A stretch of DNA of 63,180 bases, counting the filler, from Octopus bimaculoides (Eukaryota): the NCBI RefSeq assembly GCF_001194135.2. It is 4 parts of 4 records of this genome, joined end to end, with 100 filler letters (N's around TTAATTAATTAA, not from the genome) between each part and the next. Parts side by side here need not be neighbours in the genome. Positions count along the whole stretch, not along the records: positions 37,026 to 53,524 come from NC_068988.1; 3 more parts are not named here. One strand, given 5' to 3'. The notes under the pieces were generated by a model, which made no database searches, had not been told where the DNA came from, and saw only the letters and a list, made by a program, of their open reading frames with translations. A program made the position numbers and the translations under genes. Of this stretch, positions 37,994 through 50,044 are shown piece by piece; the first letter of the stretch is position 1; every line of letters begins with the position of its first letter.

Positions 37994-39510
37994 TAATAAT
38001 AATCCTTTCTACTAAAGGTACAGGGTCTGAAATTTGGGGGTGGGGGACTAGTTGATTTCATCGACCTATGTTTCACTGGTACTTAATTTATTGGGCCCAA
38101 AAGGATGAAAGACAAAGTCAGCGTCAGCAGAATTTGAACTCAGAATGTAGCGGCAGACAAAATACCACTAAGCATTTTGCCCGGCGTGCTAACGATTCTG
38201 CCAGCTCGCCGCCTTAATAATAATAATGATAATGATAATAATGATTTCAAATTTACGCACAAGGCCAGTAATTTCAGGAGAGAGAGTGTAAGGCAATTAT
38301 ATTGACCCACCCTCAACCAGATCTCAAGAGGCACTTATTTTATTGACCCTGGAAGAAAGAAAGGTAAAGTCAGCCTGAATGGAATTTGAATTCAGAATAT
38401 AAAGATGCTAGCTTAGCAGCTAGCATTTCTGCCAGCTTGTCAGTATAATAGAACTAATATTTTCTACTAGAGACACAAGGCCTGAAATTTGCTGGGGGGG
38501 GGGGGCTAGACAATTACACCAACCCCAGTGTTTCACTGGTACTTAATTTATTGACCCCTAGAGGATGAAAGGCAAAGTTAACCTTGGCAGATTTTGAACT
38601 CAGAACATAGCAACAGGCAAAAATTCCACTAAGCATTTCATCCAGCAAGCTAACAATTCCTCCATCTCACCACCTTCATAATGATAATAATGATAATAAT
38701 CCTTTCTAATGGAAGCACAAGGTCTCAAATTTGGGGGAAGGGATTAAGTCAATTACATCGACTCCAGTGCATAACTGGTACTTATTCAATNNNNNNNNNN
38801 NNNNNNNNNNNNNNNNNNNNNNNNNNNNNNNNNNNNNNNNNNNNNNNNNNNNNNNNNNNNNNNNNNNNNNNNNNNNNNNNNNNNNNNNNNNNNNNNNNNN
38901 NNNNNNNNNNNNNNNNNNNNNNNNNNNNNNNNCCTTAACAATAATAATAATAATAATAATAATGAACTTCTAACTTGTTGTCTTTCAAGGTCTCTAGATG
39001 AGACTTGGATCCAACTTGTACAAATGCAAAGCAAAAGTCAAACATAAAATAATAATAATGATAATAATAATTCTTTCTATAATAGGCACAAGGCCTGAAA
39101 TTTGGTGGGGCGGGGACTAGTCGATTACATTGACTCCAGTGTTCCACTGGTACTTAATTTATCAACCCCTGAAAGGATGAAAGGCAAAGTCGACCTCAGT
39201 GGAATTTGAACTCAGAATGTACACACAGACCAAACTCTTAGCAGCATTTTTGGCTGGCATGCTAATGACTCTGCCAGCTCCTACTACTTCTAATGATGGT
39301 TATTTCTCATATAGGCATAAGGCCTGAAATTTTAGGGGTGGGGCAGTCAATAACATCAATCCCAGTATTCAACTGGTACTTGTTTTATCAACCCCCAAAG
39401 GGAAAGTTAACCTCAGTAAGATTTGAACACGGAACATAAAATTGCTGGAAAAAATACTGGTCAGCATTTTGTCTGACAACGTAACGATTCTGCCAGCTTA
39501 CCTCCTTAAT
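37290..39510 (-). mobile_element. Head-to-tail array of about nine diverged family A SINEs separated by (TAA)n
   Basis: Copies at approximately 37290-37450, 37470-37690, 37740-37955, 38004-38215, 38243-38445, 38460-38677, 38701-38790 (runs into gap), 39071-39290 and 39301-39507. All are on the minus strand. Confidence 0.9.
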
Positions 39511-39719
39511 AATGATAATAATAACAATAATGATAATGATAATAATAATGATAATAATAATAATAATAATAATAATAAACATTTATTGTGATTTTTATCT
39601 CTTCTGTTTTGTAATTAAATTATTTATTTGATTTTCATTTTAATTTTTTTTTTTCCAATTTAATTTTATTTAATCCTTAAAGTAAGAATTATCAAAACAT
39701 GTAAATCATTTCATTTCAT

Positions 39720-39905
39720 CAACTAAATCATTGCCATCATCATCATCATCATCATCATCATCATAGCCACCTTCACCACCACCATCATCATCATCATCAC
39801 CACCACCATCATCATCACCACCGTCATCATAAGCACCATCACCACCACCATAGCCATCGCCATCAGCTATCTCAATCACCATCATCACAATCAACATCAC
39901 CATAA
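39720..39905. repeat. (CAT)n/(CAC)n trinucleotide low-complexity tract
   Basis: Direct inspection. Confidence 0.9.
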
Positions 39906-39983
39906 ACAACTTTTAATATCATTATCTAACTGCATCATTTTCTTTCTTCCAATCCTTTCCCTATCCCCTTCCCACCCTTTTTT

Positions 39984-40014
<31 letters not shown>

Positions 40015-40935
40015 CTTCTCCATCTCCCTGCCATTCACACCGCCCCTCCACCCCACACATGCACACAACACATTATCCCTTGACTCCTGGTTATTACATC
40101 AATTTATAATAATCTTACTAGAATCACTGAGTCTACAGAAGTAATTCTATGTTTATTAATCATCATCACTCTCATTAGTCAGTAAATGTGTGTGTGTGTG
40201 TGTACATACAATGATGTATGTGTGTCTGCCATTTTGTACATGTGTATGCATCTGTGTTTAATGTTATCAAATTAGAAATCTGTATCAGTATGTCTGAATT
40301 CCACTACAATATCTTTCTGCAAGACAAAAAGCTGAAACACACACACACATTTGCATATAGCTATACACGCATATACACATGTGTATGTATATGTGTGTGT
40401 GCATGTGTGTATTATGTATTATGTCTGTGTATATATGTATGTATTATATATAAATGCATATATGTATATGTAGGTATTATGTGTGTGTATATGAATGTAT
40501 TTTGTTTAAATGTATATATGTGTGTATGGTTATTATATATGTATATATCATGTATAAGTGTATATATGTGTGCATGTTTATGTATATGTAGACGTAAGTA
40601 TGTATGTATGTTTGTATGTATGAAAGAAAAGTAAATGAAATGTCCCACCTGGCTCCACCTGGTGCCAAATAAGAAATCACAAAGACCTCTGAATTACCCT
40701 CACTGCCAGAAGCAAGTATCCTTTGCACCTATGTTCTCTTGTCTACGGTGCCCCATTTATTCAGGGCACACTGGCTCTGTCCCACACACCAGTCCCTCTC
40801 TGACCTCACCTTCATCTCTAAGAGGAACATGATCGAGTTGATGAGGGCTTGACTGAAGAGATGAATGTCTGTCATCACTCCTTTCAGTCTTATCTATCAT
40901 ACAATTTCACTGGTTACCAGATAAAGGCAAACTAC

Positions 40936-40972
40936 CTGCCCTTCCTGGTCGAAAGAAGGCGGCAGAGTATTC
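40936..40972 (-). CDS. Candidate 37-nt exon (R-NTLPPSFDQEGQ, phase 2 to 0)
   Basis: ttccattgttag|GAATACTCTGCCGCCTTCTTTCGACCAGGAAGGGCAG|gtagtt. A GC-rich island that keeps CpGs within a CpG-poor segment; phase-compatible with 42547-42588. Confidence 0.45.
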
Positions 40973-41436
40973 CTAACAATGGAAGCAGCTGATAACCAGT
41001 TTCCTTACGGGGTTTTGGAGATCTTTTCATTTTGTTTTTATTTTTTAAAGCAAAATTATTTGAACTCAACAATAGTTTGTTTACAGTATAGCTCACTAGT
41101 TGTATACTCTCCACAGCATCACCAATACAAGCATGAAACTATACACTTTTTGAGAGTGAGCATTCAATTGAATAAACCCCAGTATTTGCCTGGTATTATG
41201 TTTATCAATCTTGTGAGGATGGCTATTTTCAATACGTCTTTTCCTTTGTTTAGTTCAGTGACTTCCAGCTTGAAATAATTATTTCCTGATCAGATCAGAT
41301 GTAATTAGTGGCAAAGAGCTAAACCAGAGAGAAGTAAATATATATATAATGCAACAAATAATGCAGTAAATATATATAAATGTGTTTGAGTGTGTGTGTG
41401 TATGTGTGTGTGTGTGTAAACAGGCACACACACATC

Positions 41437-41494
41437 ATGTCTGAAGAGATGATATTGTTAAGTGTAATAGTCAGTGTGAAACCAATGGTAACAT
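41437..41494 (+). ncRNA. Hammerhead ribozyme motif, near-intact
   Basis: ATGT CTGAAGA GATGATATTG TTAAGTG TAATAGTCAGTGT GAAA CCAATGG TA ACAT. 4-bp stem I, CC/GG stem III, GUA triplet; stem II has an internal loop next to the core. Confidence 0.55.
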
Positions 41495-42546
41495 TCTGAC
41501 TATGTCATAAGCAGTGATACACACACACATACATATACAGACAGACAGACAGACAGATAGACATATCTATATATATATATATATATATATATATAACAAT
41601 CTTGTTTAAACAATTACCTGAAAAAGTGCATTTTACACCTCCAAAGCATGATAATGACTACAAATCACTTTACCAATGTAAAAATGTGATGAAACAATTG
41701 TAGTGATTTTAAATAATGTCATTCTTTCCATTTCCTATCATTGATATATATATAGAGAGAGATGGATGGATGGACGGACGGATAGATAGGTGTATGTGTC
41801 TCCAACCCATGCCAGCATGGAAAATGGACATTAAATGATAATAATGATGAATATATATATATGCTCAAAATATAAAAACATGTACAAATACATAGATATG
41901 GGAGTTGTAAAATCACGACAAGAGAAACAACAAAAACACATACATACACACAAAACAGCCCCGCAACAACCACCACCACAAATAATAATTAGTAAATACA
42001 AAACAATTATTAAATACTGCAGTTATAAGCTTCTCATTATTTTTTTTTTTTCTTCCTTTTATGAAACCTTTTAAAAATTCCTTTTACTTAAAATTCAAGC
42101 CTACCATCTTTCAAAGATTAAAAGAAAGTTTTTTTTTGCTTTCTTTTTGTTCTTTTGTTTATTTATTTTTTGCATTGTAAACCTTCAAAATAGAATTTAA
42201 TTAACAAAAGGTTAACGGAGTTTTTTTTTTTTTGCCTTTTTTACTTTTTTGTTTTTAATCATGTTAAGTATTTTTCTTTGTGCTAATTTAAAACTACAAA
42301 TCAGTACTGATTGTTTATATAATGTATGTGTATGTATATACGTGCATTTGTGTGTGAATACATGTGTATATTTATATAAATGTATGTATGTATGTGTTTG
42401 TATATATGTGCGTGTATGTGGCAAATAAGTTTACAGGCATACATTTAATAAACATGTATTTAGCTTCTGTGTGCTAATAGACTGCTTAGTTAAACTAAAG
42501 GGTATATCATGTAGAAGGAACTGAAGAAAAACTTAATTAGTTTTAC

Positions 42547-42588
42547 CTGGCTGTTGCCTGCTCATCAGTAGTGTCTACTTCATTTATT
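42547..42588 (-). CDS. Candidate 42-nt exon (INEVDTTDEQATA, phase 2 to 2)
   Basis: ctttgtag|AATAAATGAAGTAGACACTACTGATGAGCAGGCAACAGCCAG|gtaaaa. The other two phases hit stops at once. Confidence 0.5.
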
Positions 42589-42937
42589 CTACAAAGCTAG
42601 TTGCTGATATATATATATATANNNNNNNNNNNNNNNNNNNNNNNNNNNNNNNNNNNNNNNNNNNNNNNNNNNNNNNNNNNNNNNNNNNNNNNNNNNNNNN
42701 NNNNNNNNNNNNNNNNNNNNNNNNNNNNNNNNNNNNNNNNNNNNNNNNNNNNNNNNNNNNNNNNNNNNNNNNNNNNNNNNNNNNNNNNNNNNNNNNNNNN
42801 NNNNNNNNNNNNNNNNNNNNNNNNNNNNNNNNNNNNNNNNNNNNNNNNNNNNNNNNNNNNNNNNNNNNNNNNNNNNNNNNNNNNNNNNNNNNNNNNNNNN
42901 NNNNNNNNNNNNNNNNNNNNNNNNNNNNNNNNNNNNN

Positions 42938-42995
<58 letters not shown>

Positions 42996-43500
42996 CACTG
43001 ATTAACTGTGATTAGTAATAGAAGCGTTAACAGAAGAAAGTGAAAGTTGAGCCAGCAACAACAACAGCACAAATAACAAAAACAACACCAACAGCAATGC
43101 CACCACCACCACCACCACCATAAGAGCAATATCAACACCTCCCCAACAACAACAACAACACTCTTAGGCCCCCTCCAATAACACCGCCACCAATAATGTA
43201 GTCGCCACATGGCATGTTATGTAATGCTTACTCATTTGTTAGTTTTTCCCACCTACTGAACATTTCTAATTAGCGCTATCAAAGAGAATTAATTACATCA
43301 CTGACCTGTCTTAACAGCTGCAACAACAACAACAACATCAACAACAAGACCAACAAACCAACATTTATGTGGCTTCTTGCCATCCTAGAAATATCAGCCA
43401 AGTCTCTCTCAAATCTCACCCTCTTGTCTTTAGAGTGGGTGAACTTACTGAGACTTACTTTGTAGACCAAGATATATATAAAAAAAAATAATAACAACAT

Positions 43501-43780
43501 AGGTACAGGCATGGCTGTTTAGTAAGAAGCTTGCTTCCTAACCACATGGTTCCTCCTTGTCTTTTCTTTTCTGTCTTGTAAGTTACATGGCAACCTCAAT
43601 AGTGTTGGTGCCACATAAAAAGCACCCAAAACACTCTGTAAAATGATTGACGTTAAGAAAGGCACCAAACTATAGAAACCATGCCAAACATGACACTGGG
43701 GCTTGACACAACCCTGCATCTTGCCAGTTCCTTGTCAAACCATCCTACTCATGCCAGCATGGAATGTGGACATTAAATGA
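43501..43780 (+). mobile_element. tRNA-like SINE head followed by a body ending in an RTE-type tail
   Basis: Head GGCTGTTTAGTAAGAAGCTTGCTTCCTAACCACATGGTTCC; 3' end CATGCCAGCATGGAATGTGGACATTAAATGATGAT. The same tail occurs alone at ~41803-41850. Confidence 0.65.
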
Positions 43781-44107
43781 TGATAATGATATATATGTGT
43801 ATATATGACATGCGATTTGCAAATATAAATATGAATTAAATATAAATAATATATATAAATATAAAAAGTAAAAGATATGCAATTTAAAAATATAAATACA
43901 GTAAGATTTAAATATAAATAATATATATATATAAAAGTAAAAATATACATATATATATATACACATATAAGAATTAAAAAAATAAAAACTAAGATGTATA
44001 CATATTTAAAGATTTAAAAGTCACATGAGATGCCATGATGGTTCTAAGGTGTAGGTACAGGAGGTGGTCAAACTCTGCATAAGGAGTAAACAACCATCAT
44101 ATATATG

Positions 44108-44600
44108 ACAAGCTTCTTTCAGTTTCCATCGGACCAAATCCACTCAGAAGGCTTTGTCAGCCTAGGGTTATATAGTAAAAGACACTTACACAAGGTGCTG
44201 TGCAATGAAACCATATGCTTGGGAAGCAAACTTCTTAGCTGCTACGCCTTTTCAGTTAAGTTGACTGGAGAAATATGGAACCAAGTGACTTGCTCAAGGA
44301 CACAGTGTGCTGCCTAATCCAGAAAGTGAACCCAGAATCTTATGATCATGTGCTGAACAGTGTTTATCTAAATAAAAGGTTAGATGATCATAGCTAAAAC
44401 ATTTTTGATTTTAATTTCACTTCCACCAGTACCACCATTTTGATCTAATCTCGAAGGGTCTGTAGTAGTCATGGAACATAACTTATGATTCTCTCAACAA
44501 ACCAAGGAAAACAGGAGGGATGGTCTTGACTGGAATCCCTTTGATTAAAGGCCTTATCATCCAGGACTGGCCTGGGGTTAAACAAAAACAACAACAAGAG
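44108..44600. mobile_element. Cluster of SINE fragments (family B 44108-44240 minus; other tRNA-head SINE 44270-44370 minus; (CAA)n-tailed element ~44400-44600)
   Basis: GCTTCTTTCAGTTTCCATC..ACCAAATCCACTCA (family B); AAGTGACTTGCTCAAGGACACAG (CORE-like motif); CCTGGGGTTAAACAAAAACAACAAC tail. Confidence 0.55.
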
Positions 44601-44719
44601 AAACCAACAGAATTGTACTGACTGTTTACATCACTGTACACTGCTCGGAGGAAGGGAGAAGTCTTGAAGATGGGAATTAACTTCATGTGATGTCATCTGA
44701 TATTGAACTTTATAAAGCA

Positions 44720-44757
<38 letters not shown>

Positions 44758-46358
44758 TCCTTCCTTTCTTTGTCTTTATCTCTTTCTTTCCTTTCCTTTC
44801 CTCTTCTCTTCCTCTCCTTTAAGTTTGTTTGCTCTCGTTTCTTCACCTGTAATCAAAATAACTTGAAACAAAATTTTTAAAAAAAACAAAAAAAATAGAC
44901 GAAATAAAAAAAAGAAAAAGGAAAACCACACCACAACCGACCTCCCATCCGCTCACCCAGCATCACCCCCACCCCCACCTGCGCAGAAAAATAAATGCAT
45001 AAAATAACAAAATGACAATATACTACAAAAATAACGTCGTAGAACAAACATCATCATCGTCAGCAACATCAACGTTTTTTGTAAAGGTCTGATCCAAATT
45101 CCATTCCTTCTTCTACAAAAAAATTCTCAAATCTAATTTAAGAAAAGAATTTTCCAGCATCAAGTTTTTGTTTTTTGTTTTTTTTTTTTATAGAAATTCT
45201 TGAACTTTGCATCTTTCAGTACACTAATGTAATATGTGTGTGTGTGTGTGTGTGTGTGATATGTGTGTTTATAATGTGTGTATAATATATATGTGTGTGC
45301 ATAATATATGCATATATGTATGTGTGTGTATAATATATACAAATATGTATGTGTGTGTATAATATATATACATATATGTATGTATGTATGTATGTATGCG
45401 TAATATATACATAAGTGCATGTATGTGTATAATATATACCTATATGTATGTGTGTGTGTATAATATATATGTATGTGCATGATATATACATATGTATGTG
45501 TGTGTATGATATATACATATGTATGTATAATATATGTGTGTATATGTGCATATATATATCTATATATATATATATACATATATGCACATACACACACTCG
45601 TATACATACATTAGTAATGAACTAAAAGAATGAGTACTCAGCACTGGATATGTGTGTGTATATATGTATATATATATATATATATAGGGAGAGAGAGACG
45701 TGTATGTTTATATATATTTATGTGTGTGTGTACTTGTGTAGGTAATAGCATGTATGTATGTGTGAGTGCATATATGTGTGTATACACACACACATTAATA
45801 CAAAAAAATAATTGCTAAAAAATATAGAAACAAAAAAACAAAACAAAATCAAGAAAGCCATTAAAAACATAAAATAAACCATTTTTTCGAAACTCCTTAA
45901 AATGGTTGGCAGAATCTCTTCAGAGTCTAAGATTATTATTGAATATCTGGAAATAATATCATGACACATTCTTTCATTGATTAATATTTAAATTATTTTA
46001 TTTATTTATTTATTTATTAAGTGGAGAGAAAGAGAAAGAGAGAGAATTAAGATGAGCTGGGATTGGGTGGTTTTGGAATATCATGGTAGGGGAAGATTAA
46101 TTTAGAATTATGTAGGTTAGGGGTAATTAATAAACATTTATTAAACATTTCTTACTCCTCAGAGCAATACTAAATAAGGGGATTCCAAATTTTTGGAAGA
46201 ATGTCAGAAATGGTTTGGCTGGGGAGAAAGTGTGTGGTTGATTGATCAATTGATTTCAAATGAATTCGATTGATACCTTAACAGAATTCAAAACTTAGAA
46301 CAGACACAGATATAACTAAGTACCATTTTACAAATTCAGACATTTACCACCCTTCACA

Positions 46359-46391
<33 letters not shown>

Positions 46392-46622
46392 CCTTTCTAC
46401 TATAGGCACAAGGCCTGGAATTTGTGGGGAGGGGCTAGTCGATTACATTGACCTCAGTGTTTCATTGGTACTTAATTTAGCCACCCTGGAAGGATGAAAG
46501 GCAAAGTCGACCTCAGCGGAATTTGAACTCAGAATATAAAGATAATGTTGCTTAGCATTTTGTCTAGAGTATTAACAATGCTGCCAGCTCACCACCTTAA
46601 TTAAAATAATAATAATAATATT

Positions 46623-46961
46623 AACAAGAGCACTCAGAGAGTGCAAACCTCTGCCAAGGCAACACCAACGTCTTCTCAATGATTAGCCAGAGATGATTTC
46701 TAAAATGAGAATATCTGAAATAAACTTGACTGCTCTTACAAATGAGAATACTANNNNNNNNNNAAAAAAGATAATCCAGAATTCTTGTCTGGTACCAGAT
46801 TGGTCCCAAAATCTAACCAGTTCGTGCCAGTTATGCGGCCAAACATCCCTAAAAGTTTCATCCAAATCCATCCTGTGGTTCTTGAGATATCTTGTCCACA
46901 GACAGACAAACAAATAAACAAACATGACTGAAAACAATACCTCAACCTTTGCTAAAGTGGA

Positions 46962-46964
<3 letters not shown>
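46623..46964 (+). mobile_element. Non-autonomous Helentron-type element (HINE/DINE-1-like)
   Basis: 5' AACAAGAGCACTCAGAGAGTGCAAACCTCTGCCAAGG; central AAAGTTTCATCCAAATCC; (GACA)n/(CAAA)n microsatellite; 3' hairpin ACCTCAACCTTTGCTAAAGTGGAGGT partly complementary to the 5' subterminal repeat. Inserted in (TAA)n. Confidence 0.7.
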
Positions 46965-46994
<30 letters not shown>

Positions 46995-47491
46995 CCTGTC
47001 CACAATAGTTACAAGGCCTTAAAAGTTTGGGGGCTAGCCAATTACACTGACACCCCCACCCCCACCCTCCACCCTACAAACCCACAACCCTCATACTTTT
47101 GTACTTATTTCACCGGCTCCAGAAGGATGATAAGAAAAGCTGACTTCGGTAAAATTTGAACTCGAAATGTAAAGAAACATCACTAAGCATCTTGTCTAAC
47201 ATTCTAGTGATTCAACCAGCTCTCAATGATAATAATAATAATAATAATAGTCCTTTCTACTATAGGCACGAGGCTTGAAATTTGATGGGGGAGGGGGCTG
47301 GTTGATTACATTGACCCCAGTGCGTAACTGGAACATAATCTATTGACCTGAAAGGATGAAAGGTAAAGATGACCTCGGAAGAATTTGAACTCAGAAAGCA
47401 GCGACAAGCGAAATACTGCTAAGCTTTTTGTCCAGCATGCTAACAATTCTGCCAGCTCACCACCTTAATAATAATAATAATGATAATGATG

Positions 47492-47533
<42 letters not shown>

Positions 47534-47608
47534 GGTGTAATAATAATAATAATAGTTTCTGATTTAGGCAAATTTGAAGGGAATCTGTTAATGAATACTA
47601 TCAATCAT

Positions 47609-47991
47609 AGGTGCAGGAGTGACTGTGTGGTAAGTAGCTTCCTTACCAACCACATGGTTCTGGGTTCAGTCTCACTGCATGGCACCTTGGGCAAGTGTCT
47701 TGTACTATAGCCTCGGGCCGACCAAAACTTTGTGAATGGATTTGGTAGACCTAAACTGAAAGAAGCCTATCGTATATGTGTGTGTGTTTGCACCCCCACC
47801 CCACCATTGCTTGACTACCAAAGCTGGTGTTTTTCAGTCCCCCCCCATAACTTAGCAGTTTGGCAAAATGAGACTGATAGAATAAGTACTAGGTTCACAA
47901 AGAATAAGTACTGGGGTTGATTTGTTCAACTACAGGTGGTGCTCCAGCATGGCTGTAGTCAAATGACTGAAACAGATAAGAGAATAAAAGA
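47609..47991 (+). mobile_element. Near full-length SINE family B
   Basis: A box TGACTGTGTGGTAAG, B box GGGTTCAGTCTC, CCTTGGGCAAGTG core, internal (TG)n, 3' GGTGCTCCAGCATGGC.GTAGTCAAATGACTGAAAC and an AATAAAAG end. Confidence 0.9.
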
Positions 47992-48561
47992 GTGATCCGA
48001 GTACTTGACTGGTCCTTTATATTTTTCATCAACCATAAAAGAATGAAAGGCAAAATGGACCTTGACAGAATCATAAACAGCGGCACCAAATTCTACAAGA
48101 CATTTCATTCATCATGCTAACGATTTTTATCAATCCATTGCCCTACAACAAGTACTACTGCTGCTGCTACTACTATTAATTAAAATAATAATAATAATAA
48201 TGGTTTCAAATTTTGGCACAAGGTCAGCAATCAATTTCAGGGGAGGGGGTAAATTGATTATATTGATCTTAGTACTCAAATGGTACTTATTTTATTGACC
48301 CCGAAAAGATGAAAGGCAAAGTCGGCCTTGGTGGTTCAGCATGCTAATGATTTTGCCAGCTCGCTGCCTTTTCAATAATAATAATAATAATAATCCTTTC
48401 TACTGTAGGCACAAGGCCTGAAATTTGGTGGGAGAGGGTAAGTTGATTACATCGACCCCAGCACATAACTGGTACTTATTTCATTGACCCCACCAGAAGG
48501 ATGAATGGCAAAGTCGACCTTGGTGAAATTTGAACATAATGGCAGATGAAATACTGACTCC

Positions 48562-48870
48562 TCTCCCTTGCCGACCCGTCTTCCTTGCCGACCCGTCTCC
48601 CTTGCTGACCCGTCTCCCTTGCCAACCTGTCTCCCTTGCCAACCCATCTCCCTTGCCGACCTGTCTCCCTTGCCGACTCATCTCCTTTGTCGACTCTTTT
48701 GCTGACTTGTCTCTCATGTTGACTCATATCTCTCGTTGGCTCTTGACTTATTTCACTTGTTGACTCTTTTGACTCATCTCCCTCATTGACTCCTCTCCCT
48801 TGGTAACATATCTCTTATTGATTCATCTCTCTTGTTGACTTACCTTCCGTGATGATTCATGTTCCTTGTT
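48562..48870. repeat. 17-bp minisatellite (TCTCCCTTGCCGACCCG) decaying rightwards
   Basis: About 7-8 well-matched units from 48562, then progressively degenerate units. Confidence 0.9.
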
Positions 48871-48989
48871 AAAGTGTTCTGGTTGATTGAATAACTAAGT
48901 GCAATTTGCAGGTGTGTTGAGAATAACTGAAGTATATCTAGCTACAAAAATAAATGGTACACATGTCTGTGTATGTAGTTTCTGTATCA

Positions 48990-49330
48990 ATTTATAGGCC
49001 TAACTAACCATGGGGTCTCAGGTTCAATCCCACTGTGTGGCACATTGTGTCAATCACTGTAACCACAACACCTTGAACCAACCTAACCTTTATAAGGATA
49101 ACTGTACAGAAGCCTGTCAGAAGAACCCTACCTGTAATACAAGAGGCCAACATTATCAGTGGTTCAGCCTAAGAACTACATAAAGTGTGCAAGCGTCTGT
49201 GGAATACTCAACCACATATACAATGATTTGATAAGTAGGTAGTTCAGTTGAATGAGCACATGTAATACACATCACTGAAAATCGACCGTGAATCCATTTT
49301 TTCTTATTCATTTTCCATTTATTTTTCCAT
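48990..49330 (+). mobile_element. Further tRNA-derived SINE (different body)
   Basis: B box CAGGTTCAATCCC followed by GTGTGGCACATTG, with a body distinct from families A and B. Confidence 0.5.
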
Positions 49331-49617
49331 TTTCCGTGCTTGAATGGTCACAATTGGTTTTGTAAGAGTAAATTGATTTTTTTGTTGTTGTTGTTTTTTT
49401 GGGGGGAAATTTTTTTCGTTACTTTTTACGGCAAGATGCCACTTCCTACCACCAACCACTCGACCATGAATTAGGAATAGAACCTGTTTCATGATAACCA
49501 GTAAAGCAATAATGGAGCAGACTATGTTATTGTTGTGTGTCTTCCTCAAGGACACCACACAATGGGTATCAGACAATATATGTGTGTGTATGAATATATA
49601 TATACATACATATATAA

Positions 49618-49660
<43 letters not shown>

Positions 49661-49965
49661 CCCAATAATAAATTTAGTTCTTTTTTCTTTTTTATTGTAA
49701 TTTGTCAAATTTACTGAACTTTATCCTTCTAATTATTTTACATGGAAATTTTAAACCTCTATATTTTGTTAGTATTATCATTATCACAGCAATGTCTGTT
49801 TTTCCATGCTTGCATGTGTCAGACAAAATAAATAAAAAGTACAACCAGTAATATACTGGGTTTGCTACACTCTCCCCTCTCTACCTTCGTCCTTCCCCTG
49901 TTATGACTGTCTCATACCTAACTGAGAAATCATCATCACTTTCATTATCATTATCATCAACATAA

Positions 49966-50025
<60 letters not shown>

Positions 50026-50044
50026 ATAATGGTGATATTTACCA

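Larger units (their letters stand above)
46391..48555 (-). mobile_element. Second cluster of about six minus-strand family A SINEs in (TAA)n, with other elements interspersed
   Basis: Copies at approximately 46391-46598, 46994-47224, 47251-47466, 47996-48140, 48200-48370 and 48394-48555 (head truncated by a minisatellite). Confidence 0.88.

Noticed and set aside
37290-39510. CRISPR-like or tRNA gene array
   Set aside because: Units are ~210-bp diverged SINEs with only tRNA-like A/B boxes and no cloverleaf. There are no repeat-spacer structures or cas genes, and the context is eukaryotic.
40845-40890. CTGAAGA followed by a GATGA/TCATC hairpin as a hammerhead
   Set aside because: No GAAA follows. 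The sequence reads GLTEEM, more like an RTE C-terminal relic.
43307-43460. Possible exons on either strand around a (CAA)n tract
   Set aside because: Several mutually exclusive splice-site choices exist, and none is phase-compatible with the 42547-42588 exon.
45870-45930. Minus-strand CTGAAGA...TTTCGAAA motif and overlapping possible exon (YSIIILDSEEILPTILRSFEKM)
   Set aside because: The ribozyme stem I is absent. The exon has a good acceptor but a poor donor and does not fit the phase of the next candidate exon.
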